Source: Truepera sp.
GTDB taxonomy: Bacteria > Deinococcota > Deinococci > Deinococcales > Trueperaceae
Assembly: GCA_965218435.1 (NCBI GenBank)
Contig: CBDCKW010000009.1
Coordinates: 64,001-128,000 of the forward strand
Direction: 5' to 3'
DNA: 64,000 nt
The first letter of the stretch is position 1. Every line of letters starts with the position of its first letter. Positions 30,291 to 40,311 of the stretch are shown piece by piece. Under the pieces are notes generated by a model. That model was given only the letters and a program-made list of their open reading frames with translations. It had not been told where the DNA came from and did no database searches. Both the position numbers and the translations under genes were made by a program.

Positions 30291-31229
30291 GTGAGCCAAG
30301 CCCGCACCGGGCATCCCGCTAGACAACCTCGGCGTGGAGGCTTAAAACGCACTGAAGCCAGGGCTGCGTTCGGCTTTCTCTCGCCTTGGATCATCGGCTT
30401 CGTTGTTTTTACGGCGCTGCCGATGATCGCCAGCTTGGTGTTGTCATTTACCGACTACGACGTGTTGCGGCCGCCGCGCTTCGTCGGCTTCGAGAACTAC
30501 CAACAGCTCGTGCAAGACCCCCGTTTACGGCAGAGCATCCTTAACACCTTTTTTTACGTCGCGCTCCACGTGCCGCTCTCGACTGCCGTGGCGCTCGGGC
30601 TGGCGCTGCTCTTAAACCGCGTGGTACGCGCCGCTGACTTTTTCCGCACCGTTTTTTATCTACCTTCGATTACGCCGGGCGTGGCGGTCGGTGCGCTCTG
30701 GCTCTGGCTCTTAAACCCGCGGATTGGACTGATCAACCGGGGGCTCGAGTTCTTCGGTATTCCCGGCCCCGGTTGGACGACCGACCCCATGTGGATCAAA
30801 CCCGGTATCGTCTTGATGAGCTTGTGGTCAGTCGGTGGCACCGTCATTATCTACTACGCAGCCCTGCGTAACGTTCCGAATGAGCTCTACGAAGCGGCGC
30901 GGATTGAGGGGGCCAGGGCGTGGCAAGAGTTTCGTTTTGTGACCCTGCCACTGATTAGCGGCGCGGTCTTTTTTACCCTGATCGTCAACACCATCTCGTC
31001 GCTACAGATTTTCGCCGAAGTCTACACGATGTTTTTTGGGCAGATGAATTCAGGCGCGGCTGAAAATGCGGCGCTCTTTTATGTGATCTACCTCTTTAGG
31101 CAAGCGTTTGAGTTTTTACATATCGGCTACGCCTCGGCGATGGCGTGGTTGCTGTTTGCGATTACCCTGATCTTGACCCTGATTCAGCTGCGCGTCAGCA
31201 AACGCTGGGTCTACTACGAAGGGCGCTAA
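30291..31229 (+). CDS. Sugar ABC permease
   Basis: ELYEAARIEGA EAA loop, FVGFENY. Confidence 0.93.
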   Translation: MSQARTGHPARQPRRGGLKRTEARAAFGFLSPWIIGFVVFTALPMIASLVLSFTDYDVLRPPRFVGFENYQQLVQDPRLRQSILNTFFYVALHVPLSTAVALGLALLLNRVVRAADFFRTVFYLPSITPGVAVGALWLWLLNPRIGLINRGLEFFGIPGPGWTTDPMWIKPGIVLMSLWSVGGTVIIYYAALRNVPNELYEAARIEGARAWQEFRFVTLPLISGAVFFTLIVNTISSLQIFAEVYTMFFGQMNSGAAENAALFYVIYLFRQAFEFLHIGYASAMAWLLFAITLILTLIQLRVSKRWVYYEGR

Positions 31230-31245
31230 AGGATGAGGAGCTGCG

Positions 31246-32133
31246 ATGGTTAGTCGGCAAGAGACGGTTTCAGTCCCCACTCGAGAAGCGGGCCAGCCAA
31301 GCTCTAAGCTCACCGCTGACCGCGTGATCTTTTTCATCTTACTTATCGGTTGTACGGTGCTCTTTCTCGCGCCTTTGGCGTGGCTGGTCAGTGCGTCATT
31401 GAAAACTCGGGCTGAAGTGTTCAGCTCGGCGTGGCTCCCCAACCCTGTCGCCTGGAGCAACTACGCGCGGATTTGGGACGCCGCGCCTATCTTGCAGTGG
31501 CTGAAAAACAGCTTGCTGGTCGGTGTGTTAGCGGCGGTGTCGGTTACGTTCAGCAGCGCACTGGTCGCCTTCGGCTTTGCCAACTTCCGTTTTCGGGGCC
31601 GCGACGCGCTCTTTGGGCTCGTCTTGGCGACGATGATGCTACCGGGCGCGGTGACGATGATTCCAACCTTTTTAATCTGGGATAGACTCGGCGCGGTCAA
31701 TACCCTGACGCCGCTCTGGGCCGGTAACTTGTTCGGCTCGGCGTTTTATATCTTCTTGTTGCGCCAGTTTTACTTAAGTTTGCCGCGCGAACTGTTTGAA
31801 GCGGCCCGCATTGACGGTGCCAGCTATCTGCAAGCGTGGTGGCGTGTCGCGCTGCCGCTCACGCGTTCGGCACTGATCGTCGTTTTCATTTTTGAGTTTA
31901 AGGCGAGCTGGACCGACCTGCTGCGGCCCCTGATTTACCTCTACGACAACGCGCTCTTTACGATGCCTCGGGGCGTCAAGGCGATTGTTGACCGCTTTGG
32001 TCAGGGCGGTGAGATGCAGTGGGAGCTGGTGATGGCAGCAACTGTGATCTTAACAGTGCCGATGGTCGTAATTTTTCTCTTGGGTCAGCGGTACTTTGTG
32101 CAGGGGATTTCGACGACGGGGAGTAAAGGCTAG
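31246..32133 (+). CDS. Sugar ABC permease
   Basis: ELFEAARIDGA, QRYFVQG. Confidence 0.93.
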   Translation: MVSRQETVSVPTREAGQPSSKLTADRVIFFILLIGCTVLFLAPLAWLVSASLKTRAEVFSSAWLPNPVAWSNYARIWDAAPILQWLKNSLLVGVLAAVSVTFSSALVAFGFANFRFRGRDALFGLVLATMMLPGAVTMIPTFLIWDRLGAVNTLTPLWAGNLFGSAFYIFLLRQFYLSLPRELFEAARIDGASYLQAWWRVALPLTRSALIVVFIFEFKASWTDLLRPLIYLYDNALFTMPRGVKAIVDRFGQGGEMQWELVMAATVILTVPMVVIFLLGQRYFVQGISTTGSKG

Positions 32134-32239
32134 GTTCGCCTACGTTATCTTAGTCAGGAGCGTTCGCAGCGTGACGTATGGCCTCGTACCCTGACCGGAA
32201 AAACATTTCCCGCTAAGCACTCATAGTTTAACTATAAAC

Positions 32240-32282
32240 AAACGTCACCTAAGAAGTTTTGATCCTTCTAGGTGACGTTTTT
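32240..32282. terminator. Bidirectional terminator
   Basis: AAACGTCACCTA...TAGGTGACGTTTTT between convergent genes. Confidence 0.75.
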
Positions 32283-32299
32283 GTCAGCATGCCAACCCA

Positions 32300-33199
32300 T
32301 CAACTGTGTTCTAGCTCGAGCACGTAATCAACGGTTTCAAAATAGGGTTCAAACCCCGCTGAACGGTAGAGCTTGAATGCTGCCTCATTCGTAACCTCAT
32401 ACCCCACGATGGTTGTCTCCATGCCTACTTCTTTCATCCGCGCCATTCCCGCAAACATCAGTGCTTTAGTTAAACCGCGCTTTGTAAAACTACTGTGACA
32501 GCCTACGGGTTCAAAGAGTCCCGTTAGGCTGATAGGGTCAAACCAGATCATCACAAAGGCTGCAAAGCGTCCGTCAGGCGCAACGGCAACGAGCTCCCGC
32601 TGGGGGTCAAAGCCTGGGGTTCGCATCACTTTAAGGTAGTCGGCTTCAGTCCACTTGGGGCCAAAGGCTCCGTTATGTACGTCTGCCACAAGCTGTGCTT
32701 CGTGTTCCCCGGCTACAGAACGAATCGTAAAACCATTGGGTAGACGAGCTTCAGCAATGCTATCAAGGCTGCGCTTCATCACTGCGTGGTCAGCTTTTTG
32801 TGCGCTAAAACCCAGCTGCTCGAGGCAATCCTTCGCTGCTTTGTCATCCTCTACGAAATTGACTGTTACGGTCTTTTTCTCTGTTTCCTTCAGCTGTTCA
32901 CGCATCACTGAGAGGCAGGCACGGTGAAACTCTAACTCCCAAGCACCTCCACGTCTGCGTGTAGCTATCACCGGGGCATACCTACCTGAGTTAGCGTCTA
33001 GCTCGACGACAGCAAGTAGCTGCTCACCTTCTTCAACAACATGAAAATAGTGCTCGAGCCCTTCCCCACGGTAGCCGTTACTCATCCAGTGGACAAAATC
33101 ACCGGGGTGATAGTTTGCAAACTTGTCACGCTGCCAGCACTCGCCGATAAAACGCGTAACCGCAGGCAAATCATTTGGTTGATAAGGGCGCAACATCAC
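32300..33199 (-). CDS. Tandem-GNAT acetyltransferase
   Basis: FEPVGC..KRGL, NEAAFKLYRSAGF. Confidence 0.85.
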   Translation of the reverse strand: MMLRPYQPNDLPAVTRFIGECWQRDKFANYHPGDFVHWMSNGYRGEGLEHYFHVVEEGEQLLAVVELDANSGRYAPVIATRRRGGAWELEFHRACLSVMREQLKETEKKTVTVNFVEDDKAAKDCLEQLGFSAQKADHAVMKRSLDSIAEARLPNGFTIRSVAGEHEAQLVADVHNGAFGPKWTEADYLKVMRTPGFDPQRELVAVAPDGRFAAFVMIWFDPISLTGLFEPVGCHSSFTKRGLTKALMFAGMARMKEVGMETTIVGYEVTNEAAFKLYRSAGFEPYFETVDYVLELEHS

Positions 33200-33332
33200 G
33201 TCATGTCTACTTTAGCGTAATTTTTCCGGTCAGGAGATTGCACCTTTATAAAATAAGAAGTGTCAACCGTAAACTCAATAAGAAGTACTGCCTCTGATGT
33301 AACTCGAGCTAACCCTAGCGTATCAACAGAAA

Positions 33333-33920
33333 CTAGCCCAACTGTGAGGGTAACTCGAGCCCCACCGCCATAAGCTCGTTCCTGTTCGCTTTAAGCTGTA
33401 CGCGTGGCAAGGGTCTTCGGGCGGGGCCACTGACGGCTTTCCCGGCCTCGAGCGGGGCAAAGACCGAGAGGTGACACGGACACGCTAAAACCGGGTGCTC
33501 GGCGCGGTAGTTAAAGGCGACCTCGAGCGTTCCCAAATCACGCCTTAAAGAAACCGGACACCCTTGATGGGTACACACGCGGCTAAAGGCCAAATAGTGC
33601 CGTCCAGCGATACTGAGTCCACCGGGGACAGCTTCAGGGATACGAAGCGCGATGGCGGGGATTTCACTCGCCTGCGTCTTTAGGGTAAAGGGCGCACTAC
33701 TCCAAAGCTCGGTCAACGCGCCAAGCGCAGCGATACGTTGCGGCGTGACCGGGGCAAACTCGGGCGCTTGGGGGGTGACTTTATCAAAGTGCACGTAGTA
33801 CGCCTCCCACACGCCCCAGGCCGCGCCGCCCAGCACCGCTAAAACGGGGAGCCGCCAGAGCCAGGTCAGGAAGGTGCGGCGTTCGACCAGTTCAGAAGAT
33901 TTAGTATCGGTCTCGTTCAC
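33333..33920 (-). CDS. Rieske 2Fe-2S protein
   Basis: Tat-like RRTFL plus TM; CTHQGC and CPCH boxes; GPARRPL. Confidence 0.9.
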   Translation of the reverse strand: MNETDTKSSELVERRTFLTWLWRLPVLAVLGGAAWGVWEAYYVHFDKVTPQAPEFAPVTPQRIAALGALTELWSSAPFTLKTQASEIPAIALRIPEAVPGGLSIAGRHYLAFSRVCTHQGCPVSLRRDLGTLEVAFNYRAEHPVLACPCHLSVFAPLEAGKAVSGPARRPLPRVQLKANRNELMAVGLELPSQLG

Positions 33921-33933
33921 AGGTTCTCACTTG

Positions 33934-35244
33934 TTACGGATTGCTGAGCGGCAACGGGGTTTTGAGGATCGCTTCGGAAGTTCCCGGCTGGTCTGCTGCG
34001 CTGGGGGGCGGTGCACCGTTGCGGAGACGTTCTTGGGCGTTAGCAATCAGGCTCGGGACGCGTCCGGCTTGTGCTTTCCCACCCGCGACTTTGACGTAGC
34101 TCTGCCACACCTCGACGGCTTTACGGTATTGCCCCAGCGTAAAGTGCGCGTTGCCTAAAAAGAGGAGGGTTTGCAAGTTGTCCGGCTCGAGCTTGCGGGC
34201 TCTCGCTAAGACGGCGATGGCGTCCTCGTTACGGCCTCCAAAGAAGAGCTGTTGCCCAACTCGGCTGAGCGCAGTGGCGTTATGCGGGTTTTTTTCGGTC
34301 AAAATCCTGAAGTAGTAGTCTACGGCGTGTGAACGTTCCTGGTGCGTCCAGTAACTGTTGGCGAGCGCCAATAGGTTCGTCTCGTCAGGTATCTTTTTCA
34401 CAGCGACGAGGAGCGGCTTAAAGGTTTGGGCCAGCTCGAGCCGTCCCTCGACCTCTTTGTCACCCGCGCCCCCCGGCGCTTTGAGGTAACTCTGCCACGC
34501 GTCGGCAGCGGCGGCCATATCTTGATTGGCGTAGTAGATTTCGCCTAAAAAGTAGAGGGTCTCGAGGTCGTTCGGGTCGGCGTTCCGGGCCAGTTCCAGA
34601 TATTTGAGCGCCTCGGCGACGTTGACCTGCAGTTGTAACATCCCGAGCCGCTGATAAGCTACTGCCGGAACGGGTTTCGTCTTATTTAAGACCTGCAGAT
34701 AGACCGCTTGCGCTTTATCGCCGTTTTGCGCCTGCCAGTAGCCGTCAGCTAAGGCCAGCAGGTTTTTGGCCGACGCGTCGCGGGTGGCGGCGCGCTCGAG
34801 CCCTACGAGCTGCCTGCCGGTAATCGGCGCAGGCGTGCCGTCTGCTGCAGTAATTTCAGGCGAAGCGTTTTGCGCCATGAAAACCGCGCCCGTCAATCCG
34901 GCGACTAACAGTGCCACCGAGGTCAGCGGCAAGGCCCAGTTACGGCGGTGTAGGGGCGGTTTTACGGGTTTAAGCTGCGCCGGACGTTCGTCGAGGGCGC
35001 GTAAGACCTTCGCGGTCTTCGCTTCGTAGCGGGCGCGGAGGGCGTCGCGGCGGGCTTCCGGTAGATCAGTACGGGCGTCGAGTTCACGGATGGCCCGCAA
35101 GAGCGCGTCGCGCTCTTCTTCCAGGTCTTGCGTCACCGGGTCGCGGAGGCTGGGCAACCTGTCGGTCTGACCGGGAACAAGCAGCGGAATGACTAGATAG
35201 ACAAAGAGCAAAACCGCCAAGACGATGATAAAAACAGCGGTCAT
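33934..35244 (-). CDS. ccmI: CcmI/CycH-like TPR protein
   Basis: Two N-terminal TMs, AIRELD, TPR repeats; inside the ccm operon. Confidence 0.75.
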   Translation of the reverse strand: MTAVFIIVLAVLLFVYLVIPLLVPGQTDRLPSLRDPVTQDLEEERDALLRAIRELDARTDLPEARRDALRARYEAKTAKVLRALDERPAQLKPVKPPLHRRNWALPLTSVALLVAGLTGAVFMAQNASPEITAADGTPAPITGRQLVGLERAATRDASAKNLLALADGYWQAQNGDKAQAVYLQVLNKTKPVPAVAYQRLGMLQLQVNVAEALKYLELARNADPNDLETLYFLGEIYYANQDMAAAADAWQSYLKAPGGAGDKEVEGRLELAQTFKPLLVAVKKIPDETNLLALANSYWTHQERSHAVDYYFRILTEKNPHNATALSRVGQQLFFGGRNEDAIAVLARARKLEPDNLQTLLFLGNAHFTLGQYRKAVEVWQSYVKVAGGKAQAGRVPSLIANAQERLRNGAPPPSAADQPGTSEAILKTPLPLSNP

Positions 35245-35681
35245 AGCCCACCCAGTTCACGCCGGACGCGTTCTCTGTCCTCGAGACTAATTTCTTGCGG
35301 CACCACTGCGTTTCGACGCCAGCGCGTTAAAAAGTAACCCAGTACCCCGAGGCCGAGTGCGCCCACCGCGAGCGGCAACCCCCAAACCCAGAGGTAGAGG
35401 CCGCGACGTGGTGGGTCCATCAAAATCCAGTCGCCGTACTTGCCTTGAAAAAACGCTAAAATTTGCGGCTCGCTCTGACCTGCTTGCAGCTTTTCGCGGA
35501 TGATCTTGCGAAACTCAATGCTCGAGCCTGAACTCGAGTCCGACGCGGACTCGGCGCGGCAGACCGGGCAGCGCAACTCACCGGCAATCTTAAAAACCTG
35601 TTGCTCGAGCTGCACCTGCGCCTGCGCAAAGCTCACAAATAGGCTTAAAGCAGCTAACAAGACAAAAAAGATGCGTTTCAT
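35241..35681 (-). CDS. ccmH: Cytochrome c biogenesis protein CcmH
   Basis: LRCPVC, YGDWILMDPP. Confidence 0.93.
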   Translation of the reverse strand: MKRIFFVLLAALSLFVSFAQAQVQLEQQVFKIAGELRCPVCRAESASDSSSGSSIEFRKIIREKLQAGQSEPQILAFFQGKYGDWILMDPPRRGLYLWVWGLPLAVGALGLGVLGYFLTRWRRNAVVPQEISLEDRERVRRELGGL

Positions 35682-36304
35682 GATTTCAAAAGCTTCCCGA
35701 TCTGCTCATCCATGATTTCTTGCGTCACCGCTCCCGAGTGACGGTAGCTCAGCGTTCCGTCCGCGCGGATAAAAAAGGTTTCGGGCAGGCCGAAAAGCCC
35801 GTAGTCAATGTTGATACGGCTGCTTTTATCCGGGCCGTTCGGATAGGTGAGGCCAAACTCATCGAGCATCTTCTGAGCATCTTTAGGCGTGTTTTCCTGG
35901 GTGTTAACGCCGACAAAGAGCACTTCGTTTTGATGCTCCTGCCACGCTTTCTCTAATACCGGCATCTCTTCGCGGCAGGGGAAACACCACGACGCCCAGA
36001 AGTTGACGACCAGCGGTTTGCCTGTTTGGGCGGCCTTATAGAAGGTAGCCCCGTATTCGGGTTGATAGCGGCTAAAAAGTGGCAAAGAGAAGTTGGGCGT
36101 TTCCTTGTTGATGAGCGCCGAGGGAATGTCGTCGCGCCGGGTCGGGTCACGCAAGATGCCGAAGACGAACAGCCCGGCGACTGCGCCCACAACGATGACG
36201 ACCCCTAAAAGCCGCCTGAAGCCTTTGCTGACGCTGTTACGACGTCCGGAGCTGTTCGTCTCAGTGACGACTACGTTAGGTTGGTCGTCTTGACGGTCAC
36301 TCAT
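35678..36304 (-). CDS. ccmG: Thiol:disulfide oxidoreductase CcmG/TlpA
   Basis: NFWASWCFPC, GLPETFF. Confidence 0.9.
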   Translation of the reverse strand: MSDRQDDQPNVVVTETNSSGRRNSVSKGFRRLLGVVIVVGAVAGLFVFGILRDPTRRDDIPSALINKETPNFSLPLFSRYQPEYGATFYKAAQTGKPLVVNFWASWCFPCREEMPVLEKAWQEHQNEVLFVGVNTQENTPKDAQKMLDEFGLTYPNGPDKSSRINIDYGLFGLPETFFIRADGTLSYRHSGAVTQEIMDEQIGKLLKS

Positions 36305-38322
36305 ACTGTGGCAATGTCCTCTCGAGCTTCGACTCGAGCTTTAGCCTTACGCGCGGGCGGCAAGAGCGAGAATACCGTTCCGGCAATTAGAATCAGCGCA
36401 CCCACCCAAATCCACGACACGAGCGGACTCTGCACCGCGCGCAGCACGATAAAGTTTTGATCCGGGCTGACGGTTCCGGCGATGTTGAGGTACACGTCAC
36501 TCCAGAGGCCGTAGTGGACTGCAGGCGTCGGGATCAGCTGCGGCTGAGCGCCTTGCGCCCCGCTCGTATAGGCGTTGACACTCGGCCGCAACGTGGCGAC
36601 CTGACGACCTTCACGCCACACTTCGATGATTGCCCCCGCCTGAATCCGCCCTGGATGCTGCTGCATAAAGCGGTCGGTGGCGCGGAGCTCATAGCCTTGA
36701 AACTCGGCGCTCGAGCCCAAATCAATACGGAGCTGCTGATCAACCCGGTAACCGCCCGAGCCTGCGATCCCCAGCGCAATCACGATAATCGCAAAATGCA
36801 CGATAATCGACCCCATCCGGCGACGGCTCTCAGAGGCGTACTGGGCGAAGACCGGAAAAAAGCCGCGTCCGCTGAGCCGCATCCGGGGGGCAATAGAGCC
36901 GCTTAGGAGCAGCCACACGCTGACCAGGTTGTAAGCGGCGAGCGCAACTGTTAGAAGCGGATAGAGTTTGTGAACCCCGAGCGCATAGGCGACGCCGCCG
37001 CTAAGAACTGCTGCGCTGACGAGCCAAGTAAGATTGCGTACGAGCGACTGGTCATCGGCTTTGCGCCACGGTAACAGCGGCCCAATACCCATAAGTGCAA
37101 AGATCAGCATCCACAGCGGAAACGACAACCGGTTAAAGAAGGGTGGCCCGACGGTGACTTTTTGCCCTGAAAACGCCTCGACGATCAGCGGAAACAGCGT
37201 CCCTAACAGCACGGCGAAGGTCATCGCTAAAAAGAGGACGTTGCCGAATAAAATGCTCCCTTCACGGCTGACAACTGCGTCGAGATCGGCGCGGTCACGG
37301 ATTTGGTCCCAGCGCAGGGCCAAGAGTCCGAACGCTACTGTAATGACTAAAATGAAAAAGCCTAAAAAGTACGGTCCCACCGGGCCGTCACCGAACGAAT
37401 GCACCGACGAGATCACGCCTGAACGGATGATAAAGGTGCCTAAGATCGTTAGGGCGAAGGTCAAGATAATCAGCATCAGGTTCCACGCCTTGAGCATCCG
37501 GCGACGCTCTTGCACCTGAACGCTGTGGATAAACGCTGTGGCGGTCAGCCACGGGAGCAGCGAGACGTTTTCTACGGGGTCCCAGTTCCAGTAGCCACCC
37601 CAGCCTAAGACTTCATAGCTCCACCACCCCCCTGCGATCTTAGCGACGCCTAAAAAACCCCAACCGATCAGCGTCCAGGTCCGCGACTGCACCATCCATT
37701 CACTACCGGGGCGCTGGGTGATGAGCGCGGCCATCGCGTAGGCAAACGGCACGGTGAGGCCGACAAACCCTAGATACATCAGCACGGGATGAACCGACAT
37801 CATCCAGTGGTTTTGTAAGAGGGGGTTAGGGCCGGGACCGTCCAGCGGGGGGTTGACGAGCCGGACAAACGGGCTCGCCACAATACCGTTGACGCTGATA
37901 AAAAATGTGCTGACGGCGCTCATGGTAACCAGCGCCCAAGGGCGGAGTGGGGTATTCGGCGCGACGAGTGCCAGCAGTGCAGTGTAGGCGGATAAGAGCC
38001 ACGCCCAGAGCAAGATAGAGCCCTCTAAGGCCGCCCACATCGTCGCCACTTTGACCCACGTCGGTGAGGTTGAAATCGAGTGTTCGGCGACGTACTTGAC
38101 GCTGAAGTCGTCGGTTAACAGCGCCGTTTGCATCACGGCGACCGCCGCCGTCATCGCTAAAAAGACCGCAACCGAAGCGTAACGCGCCGAAGTTTGCAAC
38201 CGGGCGTCGCGCTGCGTTGCGCCCAAAATCCCGACGATGAACGCGTACACTGCTAACGCCAGGGCCAGCAAAACGCTGGCGGTTCCAGCTGTCGCAAGGC
38301 TAAGTTCAAACATCATTCTCAT
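36301..38322 (-). CDS. ccmF: Heme lyase CcmF
   Basis: NPLLQ, WGGYWNWDPVEN, SVHSF. Confidence 0.96.
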   Translation of the reverse strand: MRMMFELSLATAGTASVLLALALAVYAFIVGILGATQRDARLQTSARYASVAVFLAMTAAVAVMQTALLTDDFSVKYVAEHSISTSPTWVKVATMWAALEGSILLWAWLLSAYTALLALVAPNTPLRPWALVTMSAVSTFFISVNGIVASPFVRLVNPPLDGPGPNPLLQNHWMMSVHPVLMYLGFVGLTVPFAYAMAALITQRPGSEWMVQSRTWTLIGWGFLGVAKIAGGWWSYEVLGWGGYWNWDPVENVSLLPWLTATAFIHSVQVQERRRMLKAWNLMLIILTFALTILGTFIIRSGVISSVHSFGDGPVGPYFLGFFILVITVAFGLLALRWDQIRDRADLDAVVSREGSILFGNVLFLAMTFAVLLGTLFPLIVEAFSGQKVTVGPPFFNRLSFPLWMLIFALMGIGPLLPWRKADDQSLVRNLTWLVSAAVLSGGVAYALGVHKLYPLLTVALAAYNLVSVWLLLSGSIAPRMRLSGRGFFPVFAQYASESRRRMGSIIVHFAIIVIALGIAGSGGYRVDQQLRIDLGSSAEFQGYELRATDRFMQQHPGRIQAGAIIEVWREGRQVATLRPSVNAYTSGAQGAQPQLIPTPAVHYGLWSDVYLNIAGTVSPDQNFIVLRAVQSPLVSWIWVGALILIAGTVFSLLPPARKAKARVEAREDIATV

Positions 38323-38333
38323 CCTCTTGTTCT

Positions 38334-38756
38334 TTACTCGAGCGCCTTTTTCAGCTCTTGCACACTGACCTGTTTGCCCTCAGCGGGTTTATATTCGGCG
38401 CTGTGTTTGATTAAGACTTCGTTGCTGACAAACGTTCCCTGGTCGAACTGACCCACCACCACCACACCGGTATCGGCCTTAAAGAGTTCGGGCGGCGCGC
38501 CGCTGTAACGAACCGGATAGGTCTGTACGCCGTCGGTCACGTTAAAGGCTAGATCGAGCGCCTTGTTGTCGTATTTAATGCTTTTGGCCTCGACCAGGCC
38601 GCCTAAACGGATACGCCCCGCGTACTTGGCTGGAGCCGCCGCATACTCGCTCGGGACGATAAAGTACACCAAACTGTTGGCTAAAGCTTGGTAGATAAAT
38701 AGTCCGGCCACACCTAAAAGGGCAACTCCTGCGAGGCTGTAAATTAGACGTTTGAT
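38334..38756 (-). CDS. ccmE: Heme chaperone CcmE (apparent ATC start codon)
   Basis: IRLGGLV, PELF, KHSAEY; SD GGAGGA precedes ATC at 38756. Confidence 0.85.
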   Translation of the reverse strand: MKRLIYSLAGVALLGVAGLFIYQALANSLVYFIVPSEYAAAPAKYAGRIRLGGLVEAKSIKYDNKALDLAFNVTDGVQTYPVRYSGAPPELFKADTGVVVVGQFDQGTFVSNEVLIKHSAEYKPAEGKQVSVQELKKALE

Positions 38757-38881
38757 GTCCGTTCCTCCAGTTTTTTCAGGCGGCGGCTGATGTACAGCTG
38801 ATACCCGCCGTAGGTGATGAGCAGCTGCGCCCAGGCCAGCGCGACCCAAACCCACGGCCCCCACGTCGTGACGTCAAACAT
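38744..38881 (-). CDS. ccmD: Heme exporter protein CcmD (not in the ORF track)
   Basis: 45 aa MFDVTTWGPWVWVALAWAQLLITYGGYQLYISRRLKKLEERTSNV; one TM plus basic tail between ccmC and ccmE; SD GGAGG. Confidence 0.8.
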   Translation of the reverse strand: MFDVTTWGPWVWVALAWAQLLITYGGYQLYISRRLKKLEERTSNV

Positions 38882-39614
38882 GAATTACCTCCTGCGGCGC
38901 TGCGCTGCGTGTGTCCTCTATTTCGTGAAGTCCCGCTTCTAAACGCCCAACCCGGACGCGTTCAACCATAAAGTATAGGTACAGCAGCGCGGCAGCCCCG
39001 ACGTTAATTAGGAGCACCCGTACCATGGACGGGTCCATCGTGACGCCGCTACCGTCTAAGGCGAGGCTTTTCGCTGGATGCAAGGTCCGAAACCACTCGG
39101 CGGCCAAGTAGTTAAAGGGCAGACTTGCTAAGACGATAATGCTGACCACGGCGCTCACCCGGCCACGCCGCTCGGGGTCGTCAACCAAACCGCGGACGAT
39201 AAAGTAGCCGACGAGTAGGGCAAACATCAGCGCGGTCAGGGTCAGTTTGGCGTCCCAGGTCCACCAGGTGTTTAAGGTCGGGCGGCTGTAGGTCATCCCG
39301 CCAACGAGCGTCAACGCAGCAAAAACGAGGGCCAGTTCTGCGTTGGCGACAGCCCACACGTCATAGATGCGTTTGCTCCGCCACAAAAAGAGGCAGCCGA
39401 ACACCGCCGTCAAAAAGACCGCCAGAAATGAAATCCACGCGACCGAAACGTGCGCGTACATGATGCGGATCAGGTCACCTTGATTGACGTCGGCGGGAGA
39501 GGCGAACAGCGCCAGGTAGAGACCGACGCCGAAGAGAGCCAGGGCTGCGAGGCCGAAAAGCCGAAGCCAGGTGGGTTGCCGAGCTGTGTCGGGGCGGGTG
39601 CGTTGGGTGCTCAC
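38874..39614 (-). CDS. ccmC: Heme exporter CcmC
   Basis: RIMYAHV, WWTWD, RTLHP. Confidence 0.93.
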   Translation of the reverse strand: MSTQRTRPDTARQPTWLRLFGLAALALFGVGLYLALFASPADVNQGDLIRIMYAHVSVAWISFLAVFLTAVFGCLFLWRSKRIYDVWAVANAELALVFAALTLVGGMTYSRPTLNTWWTWDAKLTLTALMFALLVGYFIVRGLVDDPERRGRVSAVVSIIVLASLPFNYLAAEWFRTLHPAKSLALDGSGVTMDPSMVRVLLINVGAAALLYLYFMVERVRVGRLEAGLHEIEDTRSAAPQEVIHV

Positions 39615-39636
39615 ACGTTACTCCTTTATTCCTCTA

Positions 39637-40311
39637 CTACTCTTCTACGACAAACGGGAAAATAGCGGTGCAGACGACGAGATAAACCAGATCAAAGCCT
39701 GCCAACAATTGTATCCAACTCCGGCTCTCGGCAGGGTTTTCCAGCAGCATGGTGGCGCTACTCGAGCGCACCGCCGCCAAGATCACCGGGACGATAATGG
39801 GGAAGATCAGGACGGGTAAGAGGGACTCTCTAGCGCGAAGGTTTGAGGTTAGCGCGGCGTAAAAGGTCGCAATCAGTGAAAAGCCGAGGGTGCCGAGTGC
39901 GATGGTTAGGAGTAAAGAGCCGAACGCGGAGATGTCCGCGCCGAAGACGGCGGCGCTGATCGGCAGAAGGAATGCACCCAAAACGAGCATAAACAGCCAG
40001 TTCGAGAGCAGTTTGCCTAAAAAGATCGTTGCGCGCGGCACCGGGTAGAGGAGCAGCTGCTCTAAAGCGTTGTCCTCTAATTCGCCCTGATAACTCTGCG
40101 ACGCCGAAATGACCCCGGCGAAGGCGAGGGCAATCCAGAGCACGCCCGCCGAGGCGTTCCGCAGCGCGGTTTCGTTAGGGCCTAAAGCGAACGCGAGGAT
40201 AACCAGTACCAAGCCTGAAAAGAACAAGGTGGCGACGGCAACCTCTTTGCTGCGCAGCTCGAGCAGCAAATCTTTACGGGCAACGGCGAAGACAGCGGTC
40301 AGTTCAGACAT
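39637..40311 (-). CDS. ccmB: Heme exporter CcmB
   Basis: KDLLLELRS, LLPVLIFPIIVP. Confidence 0.92.
   Translation of the reverse strand: MSELTAVFAVARKDLLLELRSKEVAVATLFFSGLVLVILAFALGPNETALRNASAGVLWIALAFAGVISASQSYQGELEDNALEQLLLYPVPRATIFLGKLLSNWLFMLVLGAFLLPISAAVFGADISAFGSLLLTIALGTLGFSLIATFYAALTSNLRARESLLPVLIFPIIVPVILAAVRSSSATMLLENPAESRSWIQLLAGFDLVYLVVCTAIFPFVVEE

Larger units (their letters stand above)
32190..33234. mobile_element. Putative non-autonomous cassette bounded by 14-bp inverted repeats, carrying a GNAT gene
   Basis: CCTGACCGGAAAAA 32190-32203 and TTTTTCCGGTCAGG 33221-33234. Confidence 0.45.

Noticed and set aside
28943..32133. Sugar ABC operons lacking an ATPase gene
   Set aside because: Common; a shared MsmK/MalK-type ATPase encoded elsewhere usually serves them.
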